Positions 12,221-27,125 of a DNA stretch of 64,000 nucleotides are shown here, piece by piece. The stretch lies in assembly GCA_964016885.1 (NCBI GenBank), contig OZ024745.1, positions 26,660,001-26,724,000 of the forward strand, given 5' to 3'. How positions within the stretch are numbered: the stretch's first letter is position 1; each line of letters starts with the position of its first letter. The position numbers were made by a program, and so were the translations under genes. This DNA comes from Eledone cirrhosa (Eukaryota). The notes under the pieces are model-generated. The model did no database searches. It was not told where the DNA came from and saw only the letters and a list, made by a program, of their open reading frames with translations.

Positions 12221-13129
12221 TATATAATGGTAACTAAGATGCTTCCATGGGCGGTATGCCGTTTGAGCACTCTTGGCAGCTCACACCCTGACGGTCAGTG
12301 GGCTGATACAAGTGGTTAGAGTAATGATGACGTCACTAACCAGTGACCAACCCAAGAACACTCAAAGCGGATTAAGGTGGACGATATAGGCTTGTAGGGC
12401 CAGAAAACCCCAGAAAGAGGATATGATCCGAAGTCAATAGACGTGTCGGAGGAACCTGCAAGCCTAGAGTCAGGTAGATCTACTCACAGATCGCACCTCG
12501 AGCTGTTCGCCGGGGAAACAATTGTAACACACAATATATTGAGTTCCGATGCATCACTGATTTTATATATATATTCAGGCATACATGGAACTGTATATAT
12601 AATAGACACGTTTTTATATGTTTCAGTGTATGCCTGAGTTTGTGTTGTTTCTCATGTGTATATAAACTAGTATATACCGATTATGTTGTATGTGTATATG
12701 TATTACCAATGTTCTTTTACTGCGTATAATATGAGTGTGATACAGAGACACAGAGTTGCAATTAATGAGGAAGTCTTTCGAGATCGTATATATTGTATGG
12801 CATAAAAAAGACTCTATATTGCCCACCATCTTGTTTGTGCAGTCTACCATAAGGAAGGAAGATTGACAAATATTGAATATCATTAAGGTAACATCTTAAC
12901 AAATCTATAGAGACACACTAGAGTTTCAGTCAATTGTTTCATCTCTGGCGACATTCTAGTTATAAGAAAGAAAATAGAAGCCACTCTGACAAAGACATCA
13001 AATCCGTGGGAACATATCAAATCTATATACAGACACTAATCCGGCTTCATTTCCTGAATTGGTCCGGGAAGATACCCCATTGTTATGCCGGAAAAGTCTA
13101 TTTTTTCTTTCTAATTTTTATATCTTTTG

Positions 13130-13330
13130 CTTCGTTTGTCTTTATTCTTTCTTAGTTGACTTTTGTTATCTTTTTTATTGTTATTATTCCCCTTTATTAC
13201 AGTTATTGGTTGTTGTTATATCCTTTGTTGATGTCCCCTTCTTTATGTAAACCCCACTTTGTGTTATTTATCGTCCTTGAATTTCCCCCAATGTCGTGCG
13301 CCCTTGTGGCCAATAAAAGAAACCATTATT
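13130..13330 (+). mobile_element. 3' end fragment of a Tx1-like LINE (decayed ORF2 may extend back to ~12700)
   Basis: T-rich 3' UTR ending ccccaatgt..gcccttgtggccAATAAAagaaac, matching the 3' end of the Tx1 at 57190-57240. Confidence 0.55.
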
Positions 13331-13604
13331 CTTTCTTCAATTTTTGTATTGGTTTTGTTTTGTTAAATACATTTTAATGTCTTTATTGAATCACGGGTTG
13401 GTGCCAATGTCTGGAACAAATCAATAGTAATATCCAGTCCACCACTACTCTTATAAAAGGACGGACTAGACAAGACTGAAAACAATGACTTTTATACTTA
13501 GCTTACCTAGTTGAACTTTTACATCAATGCCCTGACACCAGATACCATTGTCTTAAACGTGAATTCATGTCAATGATGTCTTATTATCATTATCATTATT
13601 ATTG

Positions 13605-13650
<46 letters not shown>

Positions 13651-13685
13651 GTATTTCAGAGCTATGGGACTCATACAATTATAGT

Positions 13686-13808
13686 TCTTCTTCTTCTTCT
13701 TCTTCTTCTTCTTCTTCTTCTTCTTCTTCTTCTTCTTCTTCTTCTTCTTCTTCTTCTTCTTCTTCTTCTTCTTCTTCTTCTTCTTCTTCTTCTTCTTCGT
13801 CTTCTTTT
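13686..13808. repeat. (CTT)n microsatellite, preceded by (ATT)n at ~13580-13650
   Basis: Direct reading. Confidence 0.97.
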
Positions 13809-14212
13809 TAGTTGACAACATTAACTGCATTATTTGTTTCACTCTCTATCTAATTAATATCTTTCTATTTATCATATGGCACATTTACGTTTTTCACATA
13901 AACGTGACGCAACGAAATACAAACACACACAAACACACACAAAGCGTTAGTGAGTCCGATAGTACAGAAGAACACACCAAATGTGTCGCAGAGTGCGACA
14001 CAATACAGAGCGAAGTTCTAGGCGGAGAATTGTCACCGTCGTTAGAACGTCCGATAGTATGCCTTGCGTTATTCCTTCTGCCTCTGCTCTCAGCTCAAAT
14101 CTCGCCTAGGTAAAATTTGTTTTTCATCCTTTCACCATCAATAACAAAATTTAGTCCTGGAGTCGATTCTTCCTCTCAATTACTTTCTCACACCCGTTCT
14201 CTTTCTTCTTCT

Positions 14213-14620
14213 TGGATTGACAGAATCGGTAGAGTGTCTGATAATATACTTCATGGCATAGAGTAACGGCCCTTTTACGTTCTAAGTTCAATTCCCGCCG
14301 GGGTTAGCTTTGCCTTTCATCCTTAGGAGGTCGATAAAATGAAGTACTAGTCACACACTGGGGCCTATTTAATCAACTTCCCCTCCCCCCAAATTGCTGG
14401 CCTTGTGCCTATATAATAAACCATTATTATTATTATTGGATAGGCAGTATCGGTAGAGGGTCGGATGCCATGCTTTGAAGCATAGAGTTACACCTCTTTA
14501 CAGTCTGAGTTCAAATCCCGCCGAAGTTAACTTTGCTTTCATCCTTACGGGGTCGATAAAATAAAGTACCAGTAATGTACTGGGTAATTGCTGGCCTTGT
14601 GCCAAAAGTAGAAACAATTA
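14213..14620 (+). mobile_element. Two tRNA-derived SINEs in tandem (older ~14213-14430, younger ~14437-14620)
   Basis: Two A-box/B-box heads, two central domains and two GGCCTTGTGCC tails. Confidence 0.8.
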
Positions 14621-15598
14621 TTATTCTTATTATTTAACAGAAATCAGTTGTATTCAGTCTCGGCCAGAGGTTAGACACAAACAGTTTTTAAATTCCTGAC
14701 TCACCGTACTTAGATATTATAATTAGTTTCACAAATAACGCATTGATGTGTTATTTTTTGCTTTATATTCTGATATTAGTAAACCCTACACTGTTGTTCG
14801 GTAAGGTGTAGAATTCTATGTAGAATAATGTTATCAACCAAATTATTTCTATCTAACGTTTTTGCATGCACAGTATGGAAAAATGTGGTAATTGTTGTAA
14901 AGGCATGATGAACTGACAGGAAATTCGTGCTTCTTTAACCGATGTAAGACATTTGATCATACTTTCACAACTTTAATATTTACATTAAAAATTAAATATT
15001 ACATTGAACATTCTGTAATTTATAAATATCAAAAGAAAAACCATAAATAATTTATATTTGAGGATTGTCATGTTGCTTATTTTGCCAATATAAACAAATG
15101 CTGTATTTGACTTCATAATTTGTTATTGGTTAGTTCACCAAAGCTCTTTCGTCACACATTCTGTGACCTCCTCAATGATTATTCGTTCATCTTCTCTGTG
15201 CTTCCTCTTCACTGTGGCCTTAGCTTGTTTACTCTACATTGTCTTCCCGCAGTACGTTTTCTCTTCTGTGCATGCGAACTAACCAATAACTAGTAATAGA
15301 ACTGAGGTGAAAGTCAAATAATGCATGTTTTTATAGTCAAAATTGGCAACAGGACAATCCTCAAATATAATGATATATGTTTCAACACATGAGTTCACAT
15401 CAACAATCTTGCAAAACAAACACATAAATTAATTTATTTATCATTTATTTCTTGGTGTCAAACTTTTTGTCGCACTGTCTAAGACCTGGCCATTGGCACA
15501 TTTCCACAGTAATAAAATATTAAAATAATGCATATATGTACATGCATTACATTCGCATAAACATTACACATACACACGCATATCCGTATATATATATA

Positions 15599-16581
<983 letters not shown>

Positions 16582-16646
16582 TATATATATTTTTTTCTTC
16601 AATTTTTAAAAACAAATTTATGTTCCCTGATTGACTAGATAAACAG

Positions 16647-16715
<69 letters not shown>

Positions 16716-17212
16716 ACTCTCAAGAGCGTGAAACTAATAAACCTTTGTTCGTACTGCCTCTCTGTTTTGTTCTCGTTCAATTTTTCACTATATATACATA
16801 TATACATATATACATATATACACCCACACCCACACACACACCCCCTCACACATATACAAATGTGTGCGCGTGTGTGTGTATGTGCGTGTGGGTGAGTGGG
16901 AGTATGGGAGTGGGTGTGGTGAGAGAGGGAGAGAGATAAAGAAAGGATGGAAGGCCAGGAAAAGAGAAAAAAAAAACAAAAAGAAATAATTTGTGACATT
17001 TTTATACCTTCTATACGCCCAGTTCTTTTCTTATTTTCTCGTTTAATTTCCTCCTTTACTGTCGAATGTTTATTTACAAATTCAGCATCGGGGCCCAGCC
17101 ACCATCTTACACCCCCCATCTAAAACTTGATTCCCCACCAATCCAGCAACCTTTCCTATACCCACCCACCTGTACAGTAACACCCCACTGCATACATACA
17201 CGCATATGTATG

Positions 17213-17318
<106 letters not shown>

Positions 17319-17391
17319 TGTATGTGTGTGTTGGTAGATATATATATATACATGTATACTTATATACTATTATGATATATACATATAAATA

Positions 17392-17462
<71 letters not shown>

Positions 17463-17486
17463 ATGTTTGTATATAGATATGCATGA

Positions 17487-17528
<42 letters not shown>

Positions 17529-18283
17529 TGATGTGTATGTATGTGTAGGTAGTTCTATATGTGTGTTGTGCATGTATGTGTGTGTAGGTAGATAGTTGTA
17601 AGCTATCTCTCAACGGCTGATAATGTACATCTTACGGACCATGTAAGAGTCCTGTCGTTGTGGAGTCGTAGACGGTAGTCTTGGAGACTGTTAGGCGGCT
17701 AACAAATCCGAAGGTCTGTCAAATATAGTGATAAGGGTTACTTGGGCCTCGGAAGAATTACGCGATGTTCTGATTGGATTGAGCTCAATAACAGCCCGTT
17801 AAAGTTACGATCATGTTTCAAATATACCATGAATAATGTGGACACACACTCATACACACGCACACACACACACGTACATCTAGGCAAGCCGCGCACACAA
17901 ATACACACACATATAATTGTTCACATATCCATATGTGTGTATATATATATATATGAGTTTGTGTATGTACACACGCACATGTACACAAACACACACACAC
18001 ACACAAACACACATATATATATATATATATAAATATATATATATATAGCAAGATAAGTGATATTAGGTAAGTCTCATGATCAATGTATGAGTGCAGCTTC
18101 TCACAGTCTGTTTCACTCGCTCTCATACTTTCCACATAACTTTACCTCAAATGCGAAAGCTTCATTTCTCACCTGACCAAAACCTACACTTAACATTTTT
18201 TACGTGTGGAGTATTAAGTTAGATAATATATATATTATGTAACTTTTTCCTCTCTACTATTTGTTTATATATATATATACGTG

Positions 18284-18410
18284 AAGGCGTGTGGTTGAGT
18301 GGTTAGAGAATTGGATTCACAATGTTAGGGTTGTGAGTTTGATTCCTGGACAGGGCGATGCGTTATGTCCTTGAGCAAGACACTTTATTTCATATTGCTC
18401 CTTCTACCTG
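18284..18410 (+). mobile_element. Second tRNA-derived SINE type (CORE/V-like: gtccttgagcaagacactt), related to 40819-40960
   Basis: A-box-like tggttgagtggtta, B-box-like gtttgattcc, followed by tgtccttgagcaagacactttatttcatattgctcc. Confidence 0.6.
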
Positions 18411-18835
18411 GAGTTGCGATCGATAGATAGTATTAGCAACTGGAAAGAAAACATTGTTTCCTCGGTCCAATTTGACGAGAGTCGATCGATCCTTTCATAT
18501 ATATATATATATAAATATATATATTTATTAAAATAACAGATTAAAGTTTAAGCGAAGAATTTAGTCTTCAAATTTATTATTATTACTATATATATATATA
18601 TGTTGTAAAGGCTATCTCTCTCTCTCTCTCTATCACCCATCTCTCCTCCTCTCTCCTCCTTCCTTCTTATAGTCCTCCCCCACCATTCTTTACTCTCATC
18701 TCCTCCTCTTCCTTACCTCTTCCAAGCCCCCTGACTTTTTCCCAATCTCACACATCAATCTTAAATTATTTTTCATATGTTGATTTAAAACGTCACTATT
18801 CACAAGTGTTTTTTAAGCTTCATATCATGTATCCC

Positions 18836-18906
18836 TATTTTATCTGATGAAAACGCAGATATCATCCCATGATGATATTTGTTTTTGAAATGCGCATAAT
18901 AAAATA
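18836..18906 (+). ncRNA. Type I hammerhead ribozyme-like fold, intact core
   Basis: tattttat-CTGATGA-[aaacgcagatatcatc-ccat-gatgatatttgttttt]-GAAA-TGCGCA-TA-ataaaata. 8-bp perfect stem I, long stem II, palindromic stem III, UA cleavage site. Confidence 0.8.
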
Positions 18907-18942
18907 CTTGGAACTCTTTTAACCATCTTTTGATCTTATATA

Positions 18943-18990
<48 letters not shown>

Positions 18991-18993
<3 letters not shown>

Positions 18994-19067
18994 AAAAAAA
19001 GATGAAATCGAAAATGCAACAAAAAATAAGACTCCAGTTGCATTTTCGATTTCATCTCTTTTTCTTC
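18991..19067. repeat. ~30-bp inverted repeat/hairpin next to (TA)n
   Basis: aagaaaaaaagatgaaatcgaaaatgcaac ... gttgcattttcgatttcatctctttttctt. Confidence 0.85.
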
Positions 19068-19126
19068 ATACTTTCACTCGTGTAGGACACCTCGGTTATT
19101 TTTCAATTTGTAAAAAAAAACCTCAC

Positions 19127-19191
<65 letters not shown>

Positions 19192-19572
19192 TTACGTTTA
19201 GACAGCTTTGCAAAATGAAGACAGCGACCGATAGAAGGGCCGCAGTGACCATAGCCAAGAAAAAGACTGAACTCAGGAAAAATATATATATGTATAAACA
19301 AATAGTAGAGAGGAAAAATATTTTTTCAGTAGAAAATGCTGAAGAGATTCTTTCAGTATAATATCAAAACATTTATTTAATTATAAAGTGGATATTTTCG
19401 CATTTAATAATACCGGTTTCAGCACTATATGTTGTATATTTATACGAATAATAAAAAGGGGAAGACAAATTATTAGTTTTTATATATATATTTAGAGAGG
19501 AAAGTTCATATCTCTGTCTGTGGTTGTCCTTCTTTCTCTGTTAGTTGGCTGACAGAAGTAGTATATATATAT

Positions 19573-20349
19573 AGTTTAGCTTAAAGCTTTCTCTGTTATT
19601 GCATTAAATATTTTACTCTTGATTTCGCCAGAGATTTATATTTCCAGATGCCTTATAAACGTAACTTTCCGTATTTATTACTGTTATGAGATATTGTTTG
19701 TTATTTAGGTATCACTTCTCTGTTTTTAGCCTAAGAAAATATCTATATGCGTGTGTAATTAATACATGCATACATTTATTTTTTTAAAATTAATTGAGTT
19801 CTTAACACGCAAGATTGATAATGTTTTTGAAAAAACTAATTAACCCACGTGTATATTATTTTACTTTTCTTGTGACTCGCGATTGTCTCCCTTTTCCGCT
19901 TCGTGACGCTATGATATTTCCTCAGTCTAAAGACTGCTGGAATTTCAAATTTGGCGGTCATTCGATGCGTGAAGGGATGACTTAACGGACACGAAAAATA
20001 ACTGCGGTAAGAAATTTTTTCTTATATCAAAGTTTAATGGGCATCCACTGATGATTTATAAGTGCCCACCTACATATATTCTTACAGGAAAATATGTTAG
20101 GCTTCTACATAAACTGGAAACATTCTCCCAGCTTGTAGAAAACTTATAATGAAACAATTGTTTGGAAAGAGAGATATATTTTAATTTTAATTATATCTCA
20201 TATAAAATAATACAACTGGCTTTCCACAAAATACATATAGTTAGCACCCCAAACACTAAATTGGGATTATACTAACGTATATCCTAATGTTTGTTGAGTG
20301 AGATGGTTACCAGTCGGAGTTTAGCTTAAAGCTTTCTCTGTTATTGTAT

Positions 20350-20356
<7 letters not shown>
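19573..20356. mobile_element. 784-bp non-coding element with 39-bp terminal direct repeats, between (TA)n runs
   Basis: agtttagcttaaagctttctctgttattg(c/t)attaaatat occurs at 19573 and 20318 (period 745). There is an internal CTGATGA..GAAA at ~20048-20087. Confidence 0.75.
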
Positions 20357-20402
<46 letters not shown>

Positions 20403-20489
20403 GTGTGTGTGTGTGTATGTGTGTGTGTGTGCGTGTGTGTGTGTAGCATATATATATGTGTGTGTGCTTTTTTAACAATTTCTTTCCGT

Positions 20490-20660
20490 ACGTTCTTCAT
20501 TTTCGTTATCTTTCTATATCTTCTTTTATTTCTCATTCTATTTTCTGATGAAAGACTAGTGTCCGAAAGGTTAACAATCTTTTCCTATTCTTTCAAGCCT
20601 TAAACTCATATATTTCTCTATTGTACTGTCGTTTGCTTTGTTATTTCAGTTTACTTTTTA
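20490..20660 (+). mobile_element. Family A short repeat with a minimal hammerhead core
   Basis: ctattttCTGATGAaagactagtgtccGAAAggttaa at 20538-20574. Downstream sequence aligns with 39430-39500 (minus). Confidence 0.6.
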
Positions 20661-20704
20661 CATACACACGTATATATATATATTTGTTTTCGGCTCCTTT
20701 GCTT

Positions 20705-20772
<68 letters not shown>

Positions 20773-21905
20773 TCAGTTATATTTATGATGATTTCCCCCA
20801 CCATTTCACTAATTACAACATTTCTGGTACAATTATAAGTAATAGCTAAATAAGTTGGACAAAGTACCCGTGGAACAGAAAAGAGGACACAGAGACGCCA
20901 GAGTAAATCGAATCTCGTATCTGCCGTAATCCCGATGACTGCATTTAACCATTACACCTCAGCGCACCTGGCGGCGAATTATCGTCTTTTAGAAGATGCA
21001 ATTGGTGAGCTAGATATATATTTGCGTTTCCTTTTGGGAAATCCCCACACTACTGAGAACGATTAACAACAGTGGAATAATTCGGGTAAAGTACTCCTGG
21101 AGATGAAAACCCTTGAACAGAAATGAATTATCTATATTTCGGCCGCTTCTCCTCTAAAAAAATAAACAAATTTTGACATTTCAAATTTTCCCTGTTTGAT
21201 AAATTAACTAAAAATCCTTCAACGTGGTCCTTTATCATACACCAGTTACATGGTTCGGTTCCCGTTGGCGCTTTCATCTTCTGGGGTACAATAGTGGATA
21301 TATGTAACTAATATTTACAATGTGGTGTTTTCAAATTCCTTTCATGATTCTTATGTTAATCAAATGTTGTTTATGAATAAATACGTATGTGTGTGAGTGT
21401 TTCCCTGTGTGCATGTATGTTTATATGTGTGTGTTTGTATGTTTATAGGTGTATGCGTGCGTGTTTATATCTATAAGCCTGTTTGCCGGCATATATAATT
21501 GTATCAGTGATGGTGATGGTGATAGAGGCAATAGTTAGTGATAGTTAAAATATTCTAATGTGCATTATGTGCTGAAGATGAGGGGGAAGAGGAAATTGTG
21601 TGATGCGTGGGATGATTGTACGATGCGGGATGTTACGAAGAATGTCATGTGTACTATCTGTAACATTGATCGCGTTACGATGCATATATTGCATATGATA
21701 TCATGTGTGCACATTTGAATGCATATAATCTCTCCCTTTCTCTCCTTTCTCTCTCTCTCTTTCTCCCTCTATGTCTTTCTTTCTGTCGTCCTCTCTCTCT
21801 CTCTCTCTCTCTCGATAAGGAGAGACACTGGTCTCTTAGAGACACGGGATATAACGGCGATGATGACAGACTGAGATCGCTGGCGAGATCTCGAGAATTT
21901 TACCG

Positions 21906-22012
<107 letters not shown>

Positions 22013-22072
22013 GAGAGAGAGAGAGAGAGAGAATAAGTAAAAGCGAAGTAGTTTCAGATGTTCAAGTCCTTT

Positions 22073-22265
22073 AATAATAATTGTTTCTACTTTAGGCACA
22101 AGGCCAGCAATTACCCAGTGCATTACTGGTACTTTATTTTATCGACCCCGTAAGGATGAAAGGCAAAGTCAACCTCGGCGGGATTTGAACTCAGATCGTA
22201 AAGGGACGTAACTATGCTGGAAAGCATGGCGTCCGACCCTCTACCGATACTGCCAATCCACCGCC
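22073..22265 (-). mobile_element. tRNA-derived SINE with TSD-like caagtcctttaataataat
   Basis: Consensus match with duplicated flanks. Confidence 0.87.
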
Positions 22266-22292
22266 CTTTAATCCAAGTCCTTTAATAATAAT

Positions 22293-22366
22293 GCTGGGAT
22301 ATATATTTCAATGACGTCACTGGCCACACTGTTCTGTGTGCGAGTGTCGTGACATCATCAGACAGC
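22293..22366 (-). ncRNA. Type I hammerhead-like fold
   Basis: Minus strand: gctgt-CTGATGA-tgtcac..gtgacg-tcatt-GAAA-TATATA-TC-ccagc. Palindromic stem III and UC cleavage site. Confidence 0.6.
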
Positions 22367-22445
22367 TTGTTACATAATAAGGTTATGTTTCCGAGGCAAT
22401 CCAAGTTGAATCGACATGGGAACGGACGAAGTGTGTGCTTTTGGG

Positions 22446-22485
<40 letters not shown>

Positions 22486-22705
22486 AGAAATTATGTAGTA
22501 CAGCATAATCGAAGCTCTGGTTGCGGGCAAGCTGACGAATGCTGTCGAGAAGTGTAGCCAAAAGCACTCAATAAGGAATTTTACCTTTTAGCTTAGAGCT
22601 ATAACATTACGTTTAGACAGCTAACCAAATTGAAGCCAGCGACCGAAAGGCGAGCCGCTAGGACCAGGACAACGAAAAAACCGACTCATACCCTATATAT
22701 ATACA

Positions 22706-22760
<55 letters not shown>

Positions 22761-22791
22761 GTTTATATATATATATATATATATATGCATG

Positions 22792-22832
<41 letters not shown>

Positions 22833-23463
22833 GTATGTATGTTTATATACATATACCATTGTATGTTTTCATATAGGGAATACATAATGACACATGTATG
22901 TGTATGTATATGTGTGCATGAGTGCGTACTTTATTTATGTGTGTTTAGGATGATGGATTTGGGTCAGTCAATAGAACGCCGGAAACATGAAAGTCCCACC
23001 AAGTTCCTTTACTTCTCATGCTGTCGTGAGTGATAAAAAGCAGTTATAAGTCAAGTACTAGGGGCGATTTACTCGACTTAACCATTACTAATGTTATGAA
23101 CCTTATGTGTAAAATTATCATTATATAAATCCGTGTGTGTGTGTGCGTGTGTTTCTGTATATGTGTGTATGTATCTGCGTGTATGTGTGTTATATATATT
23201 AAAGTATAAGAACAGTTTAACATTGTGACAATCAATACATAAATCTAGAGTATAGATTTTATTTTACAAGGTAAAGCTTGATGATGGCATCAATTTTACT
23301 CCAGAAGTCAACTTCGTTCGGCAATATATATATATATATACCTTTGGTAATGGAATAATTATATTATGTTGTTTATGTAATTAAATAGCTCTGTACTATA
23401 CACAGAGCACTCTTCTTTCCTTTTCATTTTCTACGGAAATACTTAACACACACACGCACGCAC

Positions 23464-23541
<78 letters not shown>

Positions 23542-23798
23542 CATTATAATTAATAGGATATTGAAGTGTAGTGACTGCTGGAAAGCTATCATTACTAATA
23601 CTTCTCGCCATCCTCGCCATCTCTTTCTTCTACGGCTTTGATATAAATACCCCCGCCGCCTTTTGTGGTATTTTTTTCTTGGTTGTAAGAGGCTTAGCTC
23701 TGTTTCTTGACCGCTATATCACGTGATTGACTCCCCCTCCGCCTTTCGGGATTCTATCTCCCGTCCTACGGATGTGTTTTGAAACTCTTAATGAGGTA

Positions 23799-23891
23799 TC
23801 CTCTTGATAAGTCGGCAAACCTCACAAAAATACTGTATCCCTGTGATGTAGTGTTTTTGCATAATATGCCACGAAACTACGTAGTCGAGGA
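23799..23891 (+). ncRNA. Hammerhead-like fold with a mutated core (TTGATAA)
   Basis: tcctc-TTGATAA-gtcggca..tgccac-GAAA-CTACGTAG-TC-gagga. Perfect stem I, 8-nt palindromic stem III, GUC site. Confidence 0.6.
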
Positions 23892-24496
23892 CTAATTAAG
23901 GAACTTGGGTATGGTATATCTTATTAATTATATCTAATGTTTCTTCTTTCTTTATAATGTATTATATAGCTCTGATACAGAATCAATCTAATCCATTCGG
24001 ATTATTTTGTCCCAGTTATTCATAGAGCAACATCGGTGAGGTTGGCACCACAAATTCAGGGATATATGTGGATATACTCATGTATATGTATGTGTCCGCG
24101 TGTATCTGTGTATTTCTTTATATTTTATATATGTATATATATATATATATATACTGTAAATGCATGTATGTATATATATGGTCGTATCCTATTCTACCCA
24201 ACATGCTTCGCTGTGGAGATCTATCAAGATTAAGACATGTTGATTGCACTCACCAAATTACCATTGAGACAAAATCCACTCTCTATGCATTGTCTAGGAA
24301 TATTCAAATGATTTAGAATCATCTGGATCATTAGGTGTCTCCCTCGCTTTTTTTTTTTATTTGAACATACCACTTTTGTATTTCTGCTAAACCACGGCCT
24401 ATATGTTGCTGCTTGAGTCAATGTTAGAGGTGGCTGACAATGACGTTAAGGATGAAATCTTCAATGGTGATGGTCATTTAGCATGACAACTCTATA

Positions 24497-24930
24497 ATAA
24501 TTATTTCTACTTTTGGCACAAGGCCAGCAATTATCCAGTGCATTACTGGTACTTTATTTTATCGACCCATTAAGGATGAAAGGCAAAGTTAACATCGGAG
24601 GGATTTGAACTCAGAATGGCAACGGCCGTAACTCTATGCTTCAAAGCATGGCGTCCGACCCTCTACCGATACTGCCAATCCACCAACTCTTCTCTAATAA
24701 TTCAAGTCATACAGAGCGGTGGATTGGTAGTACTGGTAGAGCGCCAGACAAAATGCTCAGCCATATTTAGTTAAGATTTTCTGTGTTCCAATTCCACCGA
24801 AATCAACTATACATTTCAGTGTTCCGAGGACGATGATATGAAGTATTTGTTATATACTTTGGTCGGTATAATTACCATTCCCCTTCCTACAAATTGTTGG
24901 CCTTGTGCCTAAATCACAACACGTTATTTT
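24497..24930. mobile_element. Two SINEs head-to-head (24497-24685 minus, young; ~24715-24930 plus, diverged)
   Basis: Consensus matches. Confidence 0.75.
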
Positions 24931-25333
24931 TCAAGTAGTTCCACATTGCAATAGCCAATATATTGCGGTTACATTCTCCTTTTCTTATTTAAAGAAAGTT
25001 GTGTGTCATATTTTCTAATCTGTACCTGCTCACATCTATTCACAAACAGAAGAACATCTTTCTTCTCCGATTACGAAACTTTGGCTCCAACAGAAACAAA
25101 ATGAAAAGTAAAAAATACATTACTTAAATTTACAACTTGACGATGGCTTGTTTGTATTAGTTGTAGTTTCACTTATCATCCGTTGAAAATACATTTAAAT
25201 ATATACATACATACTAAGAGTACTCACATACACACACACTCACACACGTGCGCGATCTTGTGCATATATATATATATGTTTCTGTTCGTATATCATGTGT
25301 GTATGCATATATATATATGTATGCGCAAATATA

Positions 25334-25386
<53 letters not shown>

Positions 25387-25580
25387 ACACCCATACTTGG
25401 CCCCGCAAAACCTGCGCAGATAATACATTTACCATTAAGACGCGATAAGTTTGTCAATCAACAGACTCACTGTTTTGTGGAGAAGAACTGAGATGAGGTC
25501 TACAGCTTAGGAAGTCTGTTAAATCTTCAGTCTAGAAGTCTATACTAACAATAAAGTAAAACACCTCCTCTAATTCATAT

Positions 25581-27125
25581 CCACCATCGCCAACACCGCC
25601 ACCACCATCACCACAGCCATCACCAACACCACGACCATCACGACCATCGCCACCAACACCACCATCACCATCACCACCAACAACACCATCACCACCACCA
25701 TCACCACCACCATCACCAACACCATCACCACCACCATCACCACCTCCATCACCATCACCATCACCACCACCAACATCACCACCATCGTCACCACCACCAA
25801 AACTACCAACACTACCACTACCACCACCATCACCACCAACACCACCACCACCACCATCGCCACCACCAACACTACTACTACCACCACCAACACTACCACC
25901 ACTACCACCACCACCATCACCATCATCTCATCACCACCAGCACCAGCACCATCACCTCCACCATCACCTCCACCAACACCAACACCACCACCACCACCAC
26001 CACCATCACCAACACCACCACCAACACGACCACCCACACCACGACCACCACCCACACGACCACCACCATCACCACCACCACCACCACTAACACCATCACT
26101 AACACCAACACCAACAACAACAATAACAACAACAATACAACCACCACCACCAACACGACCACCAGCACTACTAACACCACCACTAACACCACCACTACGA
26201 CCACCACCACCACCACTAACACCACCACTAACACCACCACCACCACCACCATCACCTCCACCACCAACACCACCACCAACACCACCAACACCAACACCAC
26301 CACCACTAACACTACCACCACCAACACCACCACCACCACCACCACCACCACCACCACCAGCACCACCACCACCACCACCAACACCACCATCATCACCACC
26401 ACCACCACCACCACTAACACCACCACTAACACCACCATCACCACCACCACCACCATCACCACCACCACCAACACCACCACCACCACCACCACTAACACCA
26501 CCACCACCAACAACAACACCACCACCAACAACAACAACACCAACACCACCACCGCCACCACCAACACCACCACCACCACCACTAACACCACCACCAACAC
26601 CACCACCACCACCACCACTAACACCACCACCAACACCACCACCACCACCACCACTAACACCACCACCAACACCACCACCGCCACCACCAACACCACCACC
26701 ACCACCACTAACACCACCACCAACACCACCACCACCAACAATACCACCACCACCACCACCAACAACAACAACACCAACACCACCACCGCCACCACCAACA
26801 CCACCACCACCACCACTAACACCACCACCAACACCACCACCACCACCACCACTAACACCACCACCAACACCACCACCACCACCACCACTAACACCACCAC
26901 CAACACCACCACCACCACCACCACTAACACCACCACCAACACCACCACCACCAACACCACCACCACCACCACCAACACCACCACCGCCACCACTAACACC
27001 ACCACCAACACCACCACCACCACCATCAACACCACCACCACCACCACTAACACCACCACCACCACCACCGACACCACCGACACCACCACCACCAACACCA
27101 CCACCACCACCGCCACCATCACCAC
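25581..27125. repeat. 1.5-kb degenerate (ACC)n triplet array with higher-order units (accactaacaccaccaccaac...)
   Basis: Direct reading. The poly-Val ORFs on the minus strand are by-products. Confidence 0.95.

Noticed and set aside
12440-12535. gtgt-CGGAGGA...GAAA-CAATTG-TA-acac (repeat shared with 4430-4530)
   Set aside because: The palindromic stem III and stem I are suggestive, but the core and stem II are not convincing in either copy.
25570-27125. 161-aa and 400-aa poly-Val ORFs
   Set aside because: Reverse reading of the (ACC)n array, with no domain or splice context.
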